64,000 nucleotides of DNA from Candidatus Daviesbacteria bacterium (GTDB lineage: Bacteria; Patescibacteriota; Microgenomatia; Daviesbacterales; UBA10151): assembly GCA_028687915.1 (NCBI GenBank), contig JAQTZF010000001.1, positions 802,634 through 866,633 on the forward strand. The letters are read 5' to 3'. Under the pieces are notes generated by a model that was given only the letters and a program-made list of their open reading frames with translations, did not search any database and was not told where the DNA came from. Below, in pieces: positions 40,276 through 50,382 of this stretch. The position numbers were made by a program, and so were the translations under genes. The stretch's first letter is position 1, and each line of letters opens with the position of its first letter.

Positions 40276-41071
40276 CTAAGACAACTTCCTTTAATCCCCC
40301 TGGTAAAGGATCTCCCAAAAACTGCTCAGCAATTATTTGAACCCTTTGTGGAGCATCAGTCACATGAATTTCCAGCTTTCCTGAAAGGCTTCCATTATTT
40401 AACAAACCTTTTTCCTGTAACATTACTTCAAGGGTTTCTGCAGCAGGTTTAGCAGAATCAACTAAGGTAATATTTTCTCCCAACACCTCTTTAATAGTAT
40501 TAGATAAAAGAGGGTAGTGTGTACAACCCAAAATTAATGTATCTACATCCTGATCTTTAAAAATTGATAAATAATCTTTGGCAATAAGCCTAGTACCAGG
40601 GTGATCACCCAAACCCTCTTCTGCAATTGGTACAAACAGAGGACAACTTGCTACAACAACCTGAGCCTTGTTATCTTTTTGTTTAATTTCTGTTTCATAA
40701 ATCCCTGAACCAATTGTTGCTCTGGTACCAATTACTCCAATTCTTTTACTCTTACTGGTTTTTAATGCATGATCTACTGTAGGATCAATAACCCCAAGGA
40801 CAGGAACAGGGGAGACAGCGATAATTTTATCAAGACAAACAGCAGAAATAGTATTACAGGCAACTACTAAAAACTTAACATCTTTGGATAACAAAAAATC
40901 TACCATTTCCAAAGCAAACTGAGTAATTACATCCTTGCCTCTGGTTCCATAAGGAACCCTGGCAGTATCTCCTAAATATATGATATTTTCATTTGGAAGT
41001 GACTTAACTATCTCTTTAACTACTGTTAAGCCACCAATTCCTGAATCAAGTACACCAATAGATCTAACCAT
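40265..41071 (-). CDS. murI: Glutamate racemase
   Basis: IGVLDSGIGGLTV and GCTHYP motifs. Confidence 0.8.
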   Translation of the reverse strand: MVRSIGVLDSGIGGLTVVKEIVKSLPNENIIYLGDTARVPYGTRGKDVITQFALEMVDFLLSKDVKFLVVACNTISAVCLDKIIAVSPVPVLGVIDPTVDHALKTSKSKRIGVIGTRATIGSGIYETEIKQKDNKAQVVVASCPLFVPIAEEGLGDHPGTRLIAKDYLSIFKDQDVDTLILGCTHYPLLSNTIKEVLGENITLVDSAKPAAETLEVMLQEKGLLNNGSLSGKLEIHVTDAPQRVQIIAEQFLGDPLPGGLKEVVLANL

Positions 41072-41110
41072 AATGTTGTTAATTTTAACAGATTTGACTA
41101 ATATATAGAT

Positions 41111-42472
41111 ATGGCAAATCTTAAATCTCCTCAGGAAATTATTAAGGAGAATTTTAGTGGTAAAAAAGTATTAATATTAGGCTTGGGAGTAAACCAGGGG
41201 GGGATAGGTGCTACCAAGTTTTTTGTGAGCAATGGCTCAAAAGTTAAAGTCACAGATATTAAAGATCAGGATACTCTAGCAAGCTCACTTAGAGAATTGG
41301 AAGAATATGCCGGAATTGAATATACCCTTGGAGAACACAAATATGAAGATATAGATTGGGCTGACCTAATTATCAAAAATCCTGCTATTAAGCCAGATAA
41401 TCCATACTTACTATATGCACAAAAACATAATAAACAAGTTGAGATGGACATGGGTATTTTTCTACAAATTGCTTCTCAGACACAAATAATTGGAATAACA
41501 GGCACCAAAGGAAAATCAACCACCTCGAGTTTAATATATGAAATTCTTAAAAAATCTGATGAAAAAGTAATTTTTGCCGGCAATATCGGTAAAAGTGTCC
41601 TTGATACTATTCCGTTAGTTAAACCAGACAGTACAATTATTTTAGAATTATCTTCCTTTCAGCTTGAAGCTTTTGAACAACATAAAATTTCACCTCATGT
41701 TGCGGTTATAACTAATATTTACCCTGACCATTTAAACTATTATGGAACTATTGAACAATATGTTGAATCTAAAAAAATAATTGCCAAAGAACAGGCACTT
41801 AGCGATTTCTTAGTATTAAAGAAAGATGATCCTGTAACCAGTATGCCAAACTTTCAAAATGGAATATCATCACAAATAATTTATTTTTCTCCGGAAGACC
41901 TGCCATCTGATTTTACTCTAAAGTTACCAGGAGAATATAACTTATGGAACGCAGCCGCTGCTTTAAAAGTAGCAGAGATCTATGGTATTGAAAAAGCAGA
42001 TGCTTTAGAAGTAATAAAAGATTTTAATGGGGTAGAGTACAGACTCCAATTAATTAAAGAAATAAATGGTATAAAAATTTATAATGATTCTGCTTCTACC
42101 ATGCCTGAATCAGCTATCTGGGCTATTAAAAGTTTACAGCAAAGTATCTTAATTTGTGGAGGAATGAATAAAAACCTGGATTATCAGGAACTCGCAAAAG
42201 TTATTACAACTAATGCAAAAATGATTTTCTTTGTTGATGGAGATGCAACTGATGAAATAAAAAAACATCTATCTTTAATAGATCCTAAATCTTCAGATAA
42301 AATCAAAGGAACCTACTCTGATTTAGAAAAATTATTAACTGATGTAAAAGCAGTAGCACAACCCGGGGATACAATATTATTTTCCCCAGGAGCAACTTCG
42401 TTTAATTTCTTTCAAAATGAATTTGACAGGGCAAGAAAATTTAATGAAGCAGTAACAAAAATCTTCGGATAA
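41111..42472 (+). CDS. murD: UDP-N-acetylmuramoylalanine--D-glutamate ligase
   Basis: GITGTKGKSTT P-loop; Mur ligase architecture. Confidence 0.8.
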   Translation: MANLKSPQEIIKENFSGKKVLILGLGVNQGGIGATKFFVSNGSKVKVTDIKDQDTLASSLRELEEYAGIEYTLGEHKYEDIDWADLIIKNPAIKPDNPYLLYAQKHNKQVEMDMGIFLQIASQTQIIGITGTKGKSTTSSLIYEILKKSDEKVIFAGNIGKSVLDTIPLVKPDSTIILELSSFQLEAFEQHKISPHVAVITNIYPDHLNYYGTIEQYVESKKIIAKEQALSDFLVLKKDDPVTSMPNFQNGISSQIIYFSPEDLPSDFTLKLPGEYNLWNAAAALKVAEIYGIEKADALEVIKDFNGVEYRLQLIKEINGIKIYNDSASTMPESAIWAIKSLQQSILICGGMNKNLDYQELAKVITTNAKMIFFVDGDATDEIKKHLSLIDPKSSDKIKGTYSDLEKLLTDVKAVAQPGDTILFSPGATSFNFFQNEFDRARKFNEAVTKIFG

Positions 42473-42480
42473 TTAAAGTA

Positions 42481-42508
42481 TTGACAAATATTTCAAGATA
42501 AGTAAAAT
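42481..42508 (+). promoter_or_regulatory. Promoter TTGACA-16-TAAAAT, with the -10 box ending 6 nt before the ATG of the 97-aa ORF (leaderless)
   Basis: Perfect -35 hexamer, 5/6 -10. Confidence 0.45.
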
Positions 42509-42514
42509 CTCAAT

Positions 42515-42808
42515 ATGGCAGAAAGAATTCAAAAATTAACTCTTGCATCAGCAAAAGCACTTGTTTTCCAATCAGAATTTCTAGCACAATCTACCCTTGG
42601 AGAATCCAGAGATCCAAGAGTTCCATTAGCCTACAAGGCTATAGAGCAAGAAGAGAGCAGGGTAGCACGAATATTTGAAAATGCAAAATATAATGCTCAA
42701 GAAAAACGTAGAAGAAGATTTGAGACAGGTAATGTCTATATACCTAAAGAGAGGACATCACGAGAAACTTATAAAAGCCCTTATTCCCGTCCTTTCCGCT
42801 GGTACTAA
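42515..42808 (+). CDS. Hypothetical basic small protein (97 aa)
   Basis: ORF preceded by a near-consensus promoter. Confidence 0.4.
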   Translation: MAERIQKLTLASAKALVFQSEFLAQSTLGESRDPRVPLAYKAIEQEESRVARIFENAKYNAQEKRRRRFETGNVYIPKERTSRETYKSPYSRPFRWY

Positions 42809-42870
42809 TTAACTTTTATTCCAATTCATCTCAAAAATAGCTTTTTATGCTGTGGAAAAAATTTTTGGAT

Positions 42871-42924
42871 GAGTTATAATCGTCTCGATTACATCTCGCG
42901 CTTGAAACTCTAGCGAGTTATAAT
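42871..42924 (+). promoter_or_regulatory. def upstream region: two GAGTTATAAT direct repeats (each a perfect TATAAT -10 box) flanking a small hairpin; the second -10 ends 8 nt before the def ATG
   Basis: Direct 10-mers at 42871-42880 and 42915-42924; CTCGCG…CGCGAG-type dyad between them. Confidence 0.4.
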
Positions 42925-42932
42925 TGCTCCAA

Positions 42933-43562
42933 ATGCCACATCAAATCAAAGATTACTTTGTTAAGCCATCTGATCCAATTTTGAAAAATATAGCAAAACC
43001 CATCCCTCAGGAAAAAATACATTTACCAAAAACCAAACAAATAATTAAAAAAATGCTGTCTATTGCTTACGGGGAACAGATGGATAAATCTAAACCATTT
43101 TTAGTTGGAGTAGCTGCCCCACAACTGGGAATATCAGAAAGAATTGTTTTGGTAGATAGATTAGCTGATGGTAAAGGCAAAGCAGGGGATTTAAATGTTT
43201 ATATTAATCCAGAAATTACTTGGAAATCAGAAGAAGAATGGGAATGGTACGAAGGCTGTTATAGTGCTGATCGAGTTTGTGGAATAGTATCAAGGCCTAT
43301 TGCTATCAAAATTAAGGCCCATGATCAAAACGGAAATATAATAGAAGAAGATTTTGAGTATTACACAGCCCGAATTTTTCAACATGAAATTGATCATCTA
43401 AACGGACATGAATTTGTAGAATTAGTTTTAACTCAAAATCCAAACAACCTACATTGGGTAGAGGATAAGGAATTTATGAATTACAGAAATAATGAAGCCT
43501 GGCGTAACTGGCCAAAAAAATGTTCCAGAGAAAAATGGGAAAAAATCAAAGGAATTAAATAA
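42933..43562 (+). CDS. def: Peptide deformylase (start reassigned to the ATG at 42933)
   Basis: Motifs GVAAPQLG, EGCYS, HEIDHLNG. Confidence 0.85.
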   Translation: MPHQIKDYFVKPSDPILKNIAKPIPQEKIHLPKTKQIIKKMLSIAYGEQMDKSKPFLVGVAAPQLGISERIVLVDRLADGKGKAGDLNVYINPEITWKSEEEWEWYEGCYSADRVCGIVSRPIAIKIKAHDQNGNIIEEDFEYYTARIFQHEIDHLNGHEFVELVLTQNPNNLHWVEDKEFMNYRNNEAWRNWPKKCSREKWEKIKGIK

Positions 43563-44310
43563 TCGAATTCCAAAGCATTTCAAACAAAGTTTTTTGAGCT
43601 TCAGTTATTGGCTGACTTTCTATGATAACTCCAATAATATCTTTGTTGTAATCTAAAGTTGCTATCTTATTATCATAAATATAAATTTCAGGACTAAATT
43701 TATAACCCTCTGAAAGTAATTTCGTTTGACGCAAACATTCTTTATCTGATTTCATTAATTTTTTCCCTTCTTTGTTATCCACTGCCAAAACCCGGATTGA
43801 AATATTACGCTTTATTCTTTCCTCAATAAATTTTAAATGTAATTTTTCATTAAAAAATAAGTTTTCAGTTTCCTGATTAGTCCAAAGTAAAACTTCGCCC
43901 CTGGAAGAGAGAATGTCTTTCCAAACAGAAAGCAAGCCATTATTCCCTTCATAGACTTTAACTTTTGGGCGAATTTCTGAGGTTTGATATAAAGCCTGAA
44001 GTTCTGGTAAATTATCTATAATTTCAGCTTCCTGTCTTTTAAGTAATTTTCCCCTGTTTTCAATCATCTGTAACAACCTTTCAGGTTTAATACAAGTTAC
44101 TTTCTTTTTATAGCTTTTGAGATCTTCTTCTAAATAACCTGATTTTAAAAGCTTCTCAGCAATAAGATAAGCAGTAGATCGCTGTAATTTAGATGCAGAA
44201 GCAACCTCATTAATAGAGGAGGGACCTGATTTTAAACAGGTTACAAAAAACTTAATTTCTTTTGGGTTTAAACCAAGTAGATCAAGAGAAGCTAAAATTA
44301 TTTTTTCCAT
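43555..44310 (-). CDS. TrmB-family transcriptional regulator
   Basis: N-terminal wHTH (LKSGPSSINEVASASKLQRSTAYLIAEKLLKSGYL) plus C-terminal TrmB-like domain. Confidence 0.55.
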   Translation of the reverse strand: MEKIILASLDLLGLNPKEIKFFVTCLKSGPSSINEVASASKLQRSTAYLIAEKLLKSGYLEEDLKSYKKKVTCIKPERLLQMIENRGKLLKRQEAEIIDNLPELQALYQTSEIRPKVKVYEGNNGLLSVWKDILSSRGEVLLWTNQETENLFFNEKLHLKFIEERIKRNISIRVLAVDNKEGKKLMKSDKECLRQTKLLSEGYKFSPEIYIYDNKIATLDYNKDIIGVIIESQPITEAQKTLFEMLWNSII

Positions 44311-44459
44311 AATATTTAGATTAAATTATAGCACAAAATTAATTACATGTCTGATTATTTTGGACAACAAATTTATCAAGCTCAAAACAAAGCTGGAAAT
44401 TTTATATATATTAATTAAAAATTGCTTTAATAGATTTCTTAAGGATAAAATAACAGTCA

Positions 44460-45392
44460 ATGAATATTTTACTTATTACAGGAGGCATATCCAGTGAAAG
44501 AAGTGTGTCTTTGATTTCTGCAAAAGAAGTTAAAAAAGCGCTTGAAGAAAACAAACACAAAGTTAAGATGTTTGATATTAAACATGGGACTGATGAGATG
44601 GTCAAGTTAATTAAAAACTGTGATCTGGTTTTTCCTGTACTACACGGCGAAGAAGGTGAGGGAGGAGATTTACAAAAATTATTACAAAAATCAGGCAAAC
44701 TTTACATTGGAGGTGATCCTGAGGGTTTAAAAGTGGGCTGGTATAAAATTCCATTTAAACAATTTTGTGATAAAAATAACGTCCCTTCAGCCCCCTGGAA
44801 AGAAGTTAATACTATTGATGAAGTTATTAAATTTGGTTTACCATGTGTGGTAAAAAGCACCAATGGGGGATCCTCAAAGGAAGTGGCTATTTTAAAAACA
44901 AATGCAGATTTAAAGCAAAAAATGTTTTTAGATTTATTTAAACTGAATCAACCCTTATATGCAGAAAAATTCTTACCTGGGATAGAAATTACTGTAGGAA
45001 TTTTAGGAAATAAGGCTTTACCTGTTGTAGAAATTGTTCCACCAGAGGGAAGTTGGTTTGATTTTAAAAATAAATATTCAGGAGAAACGAAGGAAATAGT
45101 TAATACCCCAAATTTAACTCCTAAAATTAAAAAACAGGTTCAGGAAATTGCTTTAAAAATTCACAAAGACTTAAACCTTGGGCCATATTCCAGAATAGAC
45201 TTTATAGTTTCAGATTTACCTTCCCACATATCAGGCGGGGAAGCTAAACCATATGTTCTTGAAGTTAATATTATTCCGGGCATGACCCCCAATAGTCTTT
45301 TTCCTAAAGCAGCACTTGGAGCAGGATATACCTTCCCTCAGCTTATTCAAAAGTTGATTAAGCTAGCTATTCAGAATACTAAGAACCAGTAA
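44460..45392 (+). CDS. ddl: D-alanine--D-alanine ligase
   Basis: VFPVLHGEEGEGG; ATP-grasp motifs. Confidence 0.8.
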   Translation: MNILLITGGISSERSVSLISAKEVKKALEENKHKVKMFDIKHGTDEMVKLIKNCDLVFPVLHGEEGEGGDLQKLLQKSGKLYIGGDPEGLKVGWYKIPFKQFCDKNNVPSAPWKEVNTIDEVIKFGLPCVVKSTNGGSSKEVAILKTNADLKQKMFLDLFKLNQPLYAEKFLPGIEITVGILGNKALPVVEIVPPEGSWFDFKNKYSGETKEIVNTPNLTPKIKKQVQEIALKIHKDLNLGPYSRIDFIVSDLPSHISGGEAKPYVLEVNIIPGMTPNSLFPKAALGAGYTFPQLIQKLIKLAIQNTKNQ

Positions 45393-45645
45393 GTATTGAA
45401 GAAAAAACTTCTGTGTGAGTAAAAAAAGCAGATGTGTTTCTGTGCGTATAACCTGTTCGTCTTCTTAAAGAAACAATAAAGCTATCAGGTTCATACATTC
45501 CGGATTCTAGAAGAGTTTCTTTCCTATTAAGAAACCAATTTAAACAATATGCGGCTGATTTATCGATTATATAATCATCACCTTTTACAGTAAGTATGTC
45601 TCCAATATCAAATCTTACAACACTTCCTTTTTCATCAAACTCCAT
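45379..45645 (-). CDS. Hypothetical 88-aa protein
   Basis: ORF only. Confidence 0.25.
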   Translation of the reverse strand: MEFDEKGSVVRFDIGDILTVKGDDYIIDKSAAYCLNWFLNRKETLLESGMYEPDSFIVSLRRRTGYTHRNTSAFFTHTEVFSSILTGS

Positions 45646-45903
45646 TATTTTTACCTCCTAAATCAAAATTATATCATGACAATTAATCCCATAAACTTCT
45701 ACAGAAGTTTGAAAGCTACGCTTATAATAATATACTCTTTTTGCTTCCAAAAGGCTTGTTTTTATGCCTCAAAAAAGGGTATAATAGCTGAACAGCTTAA
45801 GGCTTTTTTTAATGTCTTTTTAGGCTAATTTTATGAGCAACATAAGCAACTGTTCGATCGTTTGGATCTCACAGCGCTTGAGTTGCAAGAAAGAATTAAT
45901 AAT

Positions 45904-48471
45904 ATGAGCAACATTGGTAAGATTGAACTAACACCTATAGTAGAAGAGATGCGCAGGTCATACCTTGATTATGCCATGTCTGTTATTGTTTCCCGTGCCT
46001 TACCAGATGTCCGCGATGGTCTTAAACCAGTACAAAGAAGGATTATCTTTGTGATGTATGAGTTAGGGTTATTGCATTCATCTACTTTTAGAAAATGTGC
46101 CAAGATTGCCGGAGACACTTCTGGTAACTACCATCCACACGGAGAATCAAATGTTTACGGAGCTTTGGTTAACTTAGTACAAGACTTCTCCATGCGTTAT
46201 CCTCTGATTGATGGTCAGGGAAACTTTGGTTCTGTTGATGGTGATATGCCTGCTGCCATGAGGTACACAGAAGCACGTCTTGCCAATATTTCAGAAGAAA
46301 TGCTTCGGGATATTAACAAGGGAACTGTTGATTTTATTCCAAACTATGACCAAACCAAAAATGAACCAACTGTTCTACCAGCCGGAATTCCAAATCTTTT
46401 ATTAAACGGCGCTTCTGGTATTGCTGTAGGTATGGCAACTCAAATTCCACCACATAATTTAGGAGAACTTATTAATGCGATCACATTCATGATCGACAAA
46501 CCAGTCAAACCAGAAAATCAGAAAGTCAGCGGTTCAGCAATTCAGCAGGAAAGCAATGCTGATTCTGCCGAAATAGCCGACGTTGCCGATACTCAGATTC
46601 CAGCTGAAACTACTGGAAAATTCCGTTCTGAAGCAACAGTAGAAGATTTACTCCAGTTTGTAAAAGGACCTGATTTTCCAACTGGTGGCTCAATCTATGA
46701 CCAATCAGAAATCATAAATGCTTATGCTACTGGTAAAGGTAGAATTGTGATGAGAGCCAAAGCAGAAATTGAAGAAGCTAAAAATGGCAGGTTTGATATT
46801 ATTGTTACAGAATTACCATATCAGGTTAATAAAGCAACACTTATTACCAGAATTGCAGAATTACATAAAGATAAAAAGATTGAAGGAATCTCTGATTTAA
46901 GGGATGAATCAGACAGAAGGGGAATGAGGATTGTAATGGAACTTAAGCGCGATGCAAAGCCCCAATCTCTACTTAATAACCTCTATAAGCATACTTCAAT
47001 GCAATCAGTTTTTAATGTAAACATGGTGGCTTTGGTAGATGGGGTGCCACATTTATTACCACTTAAATATATATTGGAAGAATTTATAACCCACAGGCAA
47101 GTTATTGTCCGCCGCAGGTCTGAATATGAATTGGCAGAAGCCAGAGCCAGAGAACATATCCTGGAAGGATTAAAAATTGCTGTTGATAATATTGATGAAG
47201 TCATTGCTACAATCCGAAAAAGCAAGGATGCAGAAGACGCTAAACTTAACTTAATGACCAAATTTAAATTAAGTGATTTACAATCCCAGGCAATCCTGGA
47301 CATGCAACTTCGAAGACTGGCAGCATTGGAGCGACAAAAGATTGAAGATGAGTTAAAAACAGTTCGCGAAACAATTGCTTATTTAGTAGATTTATTAGCC
47401 CATCCTGAAAAGATTTTAGGAGTAATTAAAGATGAACTTACCAGAATTAAAGATAAATATGCAGATGAGAGAAAAACCAGAGTCTACAAACAAAAAATTG
47501 GTGAATTTTCAGAAGAAGATTTGATTGCAGATGAACAAACAATAGTCACCATTACAGAGGGCGGTTATATAAAGAGGCAGCTTCCATCTACTTTTAGAGT
47601 TCAAAATAGGGGAGGCAAGGGAGTTTCTGGTATTACTACTAAGGAAGAAGATGCAGTTTCACATATTTTTTACACTAAAACTTTAGATAATATTTTATTC
47701 TTTACTGATCGGGGCAGAGTATTCCAAATGAAGGTTTGGGAAATACCAGAAGCCTCCAGAATAGCCAAAGGTCAGGCAATAGTTAACCTTATTAATATTG
47801 AGCAAGGTGAAAAAATTACTGCCATCTTAACTCTTAGACAAAAAGACACAACTAAATACCTATTTATGTGTACCAAGTTTGGGAACGTCAAAAAGACAGA
47901 AATTGCAGAATACTCTTCTATTAGAAAAAATGGTTTAATTTCTATTAAATTAGATGATGGAGATGAATTGGGTTGGGTTAATCCAACAACAGGTGAGGAT
48001 GAGATGATAATTGTTTCAAGGGATGGTCAATCAATCAGATTTAGTGAAAAAGATGTTCGTTCCACCCACAGAGATACTGCTGGTGTTAGAGGAGTAAAAC
48101 TTGGAAAAGATGATACTGTAGTATCAGCACAAAAGATTGATGACCCTAAATCAGATACAGTGCTAGTGGTAATGGCTAATGGTTTAGGTAAGAAAACTAT
48201 GATCTCTAATTGGACTAAACAAATCAGGGGAGGTATGGGAGTCAAAGCAGCCCAGGTAACTGCAAAAACAGGACCAATTATGACTGCTCAAATTGTAGAA
48301 AAAGGTGTTGATACCTTAGTTCTAACTTCAAATAAAGGCCAAATAATAAAATTAAATTTAAATGATGTTCCAACTTTACAAAGACAAACTCAGGGAGTAA
48401 TCTTGATGAGAATGAGAGAAGGCGAAAAAGTAGCTGCAGCAGCTATTGTCTCATCAAAAGAAAAAGAGTAA
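45904..48471 (+). CDS. gyrA: DNA gyrase subunit A (likely start MSNIGK…; the ORF is open from 45862)
   Basis: SYLDYAMSVIVSRALPDVRDGLKPVQRRI; active-site Tyr region; C-terminal beta-pinwheel repeats. Confidence 0.9.
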   Translation: MSNIGKIELTPIVEEMRRSYLDYAMSVIVSRALPDVRDGLKPVQRRIIFVMYELGLLHSSTFRKCAKIAGDTSGNYHPHGESNVYGALVNLVQDFSMRYPLIDGQGNFGSVDGDMPAAMRYTEARLANISEEMLRDINKGTVDFIPNYDQTKNEPTVLPAGIPNLLLNGASGIAVGMATQIPPHNLGELINAITFMIDKPVKPENQKVSGSAIQQESNADSAEIADVADTQIPAETTGKFRSEATVEDLLQFVKGPDFPTGGSIYDQSEIINAYATGKGRIVMRAKAEIEEAKNGRFDIIVTELPYQVNKATLITRIAELHKDKKIEGISDLRDESDRRGMRIVMELKRDAKPQSLLNNLYKHTSMQSVFNVNMVALVDGVPHLLPLKYILEEFITHRQVIVRRRSEYELAEARAREHILEGLKIAVDNIDEVIATIRKSKDAEDAKLNLMTKFKLSDLQSQAILDMQLRRLAALERQKIEDELKTVRETIAYLVDLLAHPEKILGVIKDELTRIKDKYADERKTRVYKQKIGEFSEEDLIADEQTIVTITEGGYIKRQLPSTFRVQNRGGKGVSGITTKEEDAVSHIFYTKTLDNILFFTDRGRVFQMKVWEIPEASRIAKGQAIVNLINIEQGEKITAILTLRQKDTTKYLFMCTKFGNVKKTEIAEYSSIRKNGLISIKLDDGDELGWVNPTTGEDEMIIVSRDGQSIRFSEKDVRSTHRDTAGVRGVKLGKDDTVVSAQKIDDPKSDTVLVVMANGLGKKTMISNWTKQIRGGMGVKAAQVTAKTGPIMTAQIVEKGVDTLVLTSNKGQIIKLNLNDVPTLQRQTQGVILMRMREGEKVAAAAIVSSKEKE

Positions 48472-48482
48472 ATTATATATAG

Positions 48483-48686
48483 ATGGAGAAAAAAATTACT
48501 GCCATAGCTATCGTGTATTTTGTAATTGGACTAATCGTCGCTATCACTTTTGCTACTTTTTATCACTGGCCACCTTTATCATATTTCAGCCCTAATTTTT
48601 ATTCTGTAGTCTTAACCTGGCCTTTTCAACTTAGTGGTTTGATTAGTGATTTCCAATATTACGGCTTCGCAGGCAAACCATTCTAA
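48483..48686 (+). CDS. Small hydrophobic protein (67 aa)
   Basis: ORF with one or two TM segments. Confidence 0.3.
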   Translation: MEKKITAIAIVYFVIGLIVAITFATFYHWPPLSYFSPNFYSVVLTWPFQLSGLISDFQYYGFAGKPF

Positions 48687-48732
48687 ATATCCTTATTTCC
48701 TGAATGAAAAGATTTGTGCACGTCTTTCAAAT

Positions 48733-48759
48733 GCTTAAGACAACGAAGTTGTCGCAAGC
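48733..48759. terminator. Hairpin GCTTaaGACAACgaaGTTGTCgcAAGC between convergent genes (candidate bidirectional terminator)
   Basis: 6-bp plus 4-bp stem; 3 nt beyond the xerC stop. Confidence 0.35.
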
Positions 48760-48761
48760 AT

Positions 48762-49685
48762 TTATTCCTTATTATTGCCGGAGTGAAACGACTTATGAAC
48801 ATCTTTTAAATGCTTATTGGTAACATGGGTATATATTTGGGTTGTAGCAATATTTGAATGACCTAGCATCTCCTGAACAGATCTGATATCAGCCCCATTA
48901 ATAAGCAAATCTGTAGCAAAACTGTGTCTTAATGTATGAGGAGTGGCTTTTACTAAAATACCAGTACCCTTAACATACTTTTCTACAATCCTTTCTATAG
49001 AGCGGGGAGTGAGCCTCATAGCTTCACCACCAGGAGTTATATCAACCTTACCCTGAAACCTAATAAACAGGGGAGAAAAATTATCTTTTCTATTTTTCAA
49101 ATATTGATCCAACCAATGAATAGCAGAATCAGATAAAAAAACCACTCTTTCTTTAGATCCTTTTCCCACCACGGAAAATTCAGATCTTTCTAAATTAATA
49201 GATTCACGATTTAAGGAAGCCAACTCTGCTACACGTAGTCCTGTTGAAAATAATGTTTCAAGCAAAGCTCTATCCCGAAGACCAGCAAGATCTGAGGTCT
49301 GGGGAGCCTCAAGCAGCTTTTTTAATGATTCATCATCCAGTATTTTAATAGGGGAGGCATCAGACTCACCTAACTCTATTTGTTCAGCAGAGAGTGATTC
49401 TATACCTTGTTTAGAAAGATAGCGTAAAAAAGCACGTAAAGCTATCATAAAATAATTTTGAGTAACTCTTTTTAAAGGTTCTTTAGTTTTGGGATCAAGC
49501 CAGCGGTTTAAAAATAAACGATATTTTCGAACAAGCGCCAGATTAATATCTGCAGGCTTAATATCCCCGGCATATTCGAGGAATCTTTTAAGATAGTGAT
49601 CGTAATTTTGTATTGTTTTTTGAGACGTATTACGTTCAATTTCTAAATATTCTAAAAAATCTGTTATTAAAGCGGAGAGCGTCAT
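48762..49685 (-). CDS. Tyrosine site-specific recombinase XerC/XerD family
   Basis: C-terminal catalytic HTLRHSFATDLL…LGHSNIATTQIYTHV. Confidence 0.8.
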   Translation of the reverse strand: MTLSALITDFLEYLEIERNTSQKTIQNYDHYLKRFLEYAGDIKPADINLALVRKYRLFLNRWLDPKTKEPLKRVTQNYFMIALRAFLRYLSKQGIESLSAEQIELGESDASPIKILDDESLKKLLEAPQTSDLAGLRDRALLETLFSTGLRVAELASLNRESINLERSEFSVVGKGSKERVVFLSDSAIHWLDQYLKNRKDNFSPLFIRFQGKVDITPGGEAMRLTPRSIERIVEKYVKGTGILVKATPHTLRHSFATDLLINGADIRSVQEMLGHSNIATTQIYTHVTNKHLKDVHKSFHSGNNKE

Positions 49686-49686
49686 G

Positions 49687-50382
49687 CTAACGTCTGGCTA
49701 GGCTAAAGAAACCTAGAAAAGTTAAAGAGCCCCCAATTCCGACCAATATTAAGGTAGGATTTACATCAGCTGTCCCAGGTAAAGGGGCCTGTGTTGGAGT
49801 CCATCTTGGTGGTTGAGTAATAGTAGCAGACCCAGTTGAAATAGGTCCGCCTTGTCCACAACTACCAGTTCCAATTACATAGTTACCATTTACAACCTGA
49901 TTTAAGGTTTCTACCATTGTAGTAATCTCAACCACATTTGTATCAGTGGTCTTACTTTTATCATTAGGATCAAAATCAAATTTAATCTGAGTGGCTCCAA
50001 CAGGAGCAGTTTCCAAAACCGTAAAATCAATAGTAGCAAATGTTCCTGCACCCTTAAAGAATGAGGTTGCAGAAGCTAAACCAGAGATAAGTATAGTACC
50101 TGTTAATGTATCAATACTATTTCCTGTATAATCCGGATAGATACTACCATTACTAATTTTATTAGCCACAAAACGGGTGGTATCATAATTAATAATCACA
50201 TCTGTACCAGCTGTTTCAAAAGTACTTGTATCTAAATTAACTGTTAATGAAAAATTACAATTTTTATTAAAAGTCCCGGTAGGAGGGGAGAGTGATAAGG
50301 TTGATCCGGCAGCAAAAGCTAAAGCAGGATTCATAAATATTAAGCTTAATGCACTTAAAAAAGAGATAAGTATTTTTTTCAT
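49687..50382 (-). CDS. Secreted cohesin-like domain protein with a C-terminal sortase-type sorting signal (LPGTA, hydrophobic stretch, RR)
   Basis: Signal peptide; cohesin-like beta-sandwich region; tripartite C-terminus PLPGTADVNPTLILVGIGGSLTFLGFFSLARR. Confidence 0.5.
   Translation of the reverse strand: MKKILISFLSALSLIFMNPALAFAAGSTLSLSPPTGTFNKNCNFSLTVNLDTSTFETAGTDVIINYDTTRFVANKISNGSIYPDYTGNSIDTLTGTILISGLASATSFFKGAGTFATIDFTVLETAPVGATQIKFDFDPNDKSKTTDTNVVEITTMVETLNQVVNGNYVIGTGSCGQGGPISTGSATITQPPRWTPTQAPLPGTADVNPTLILVGIGGSLTFLGFFSLARR

Noticed and set aside
48700-48719. dif site next to xerC
   Set aside because: The imperfect palindrome does not fit the 11-6-11 XerC/XerD arm architecture or any known dif consensus; recorded only as a low-interest note.
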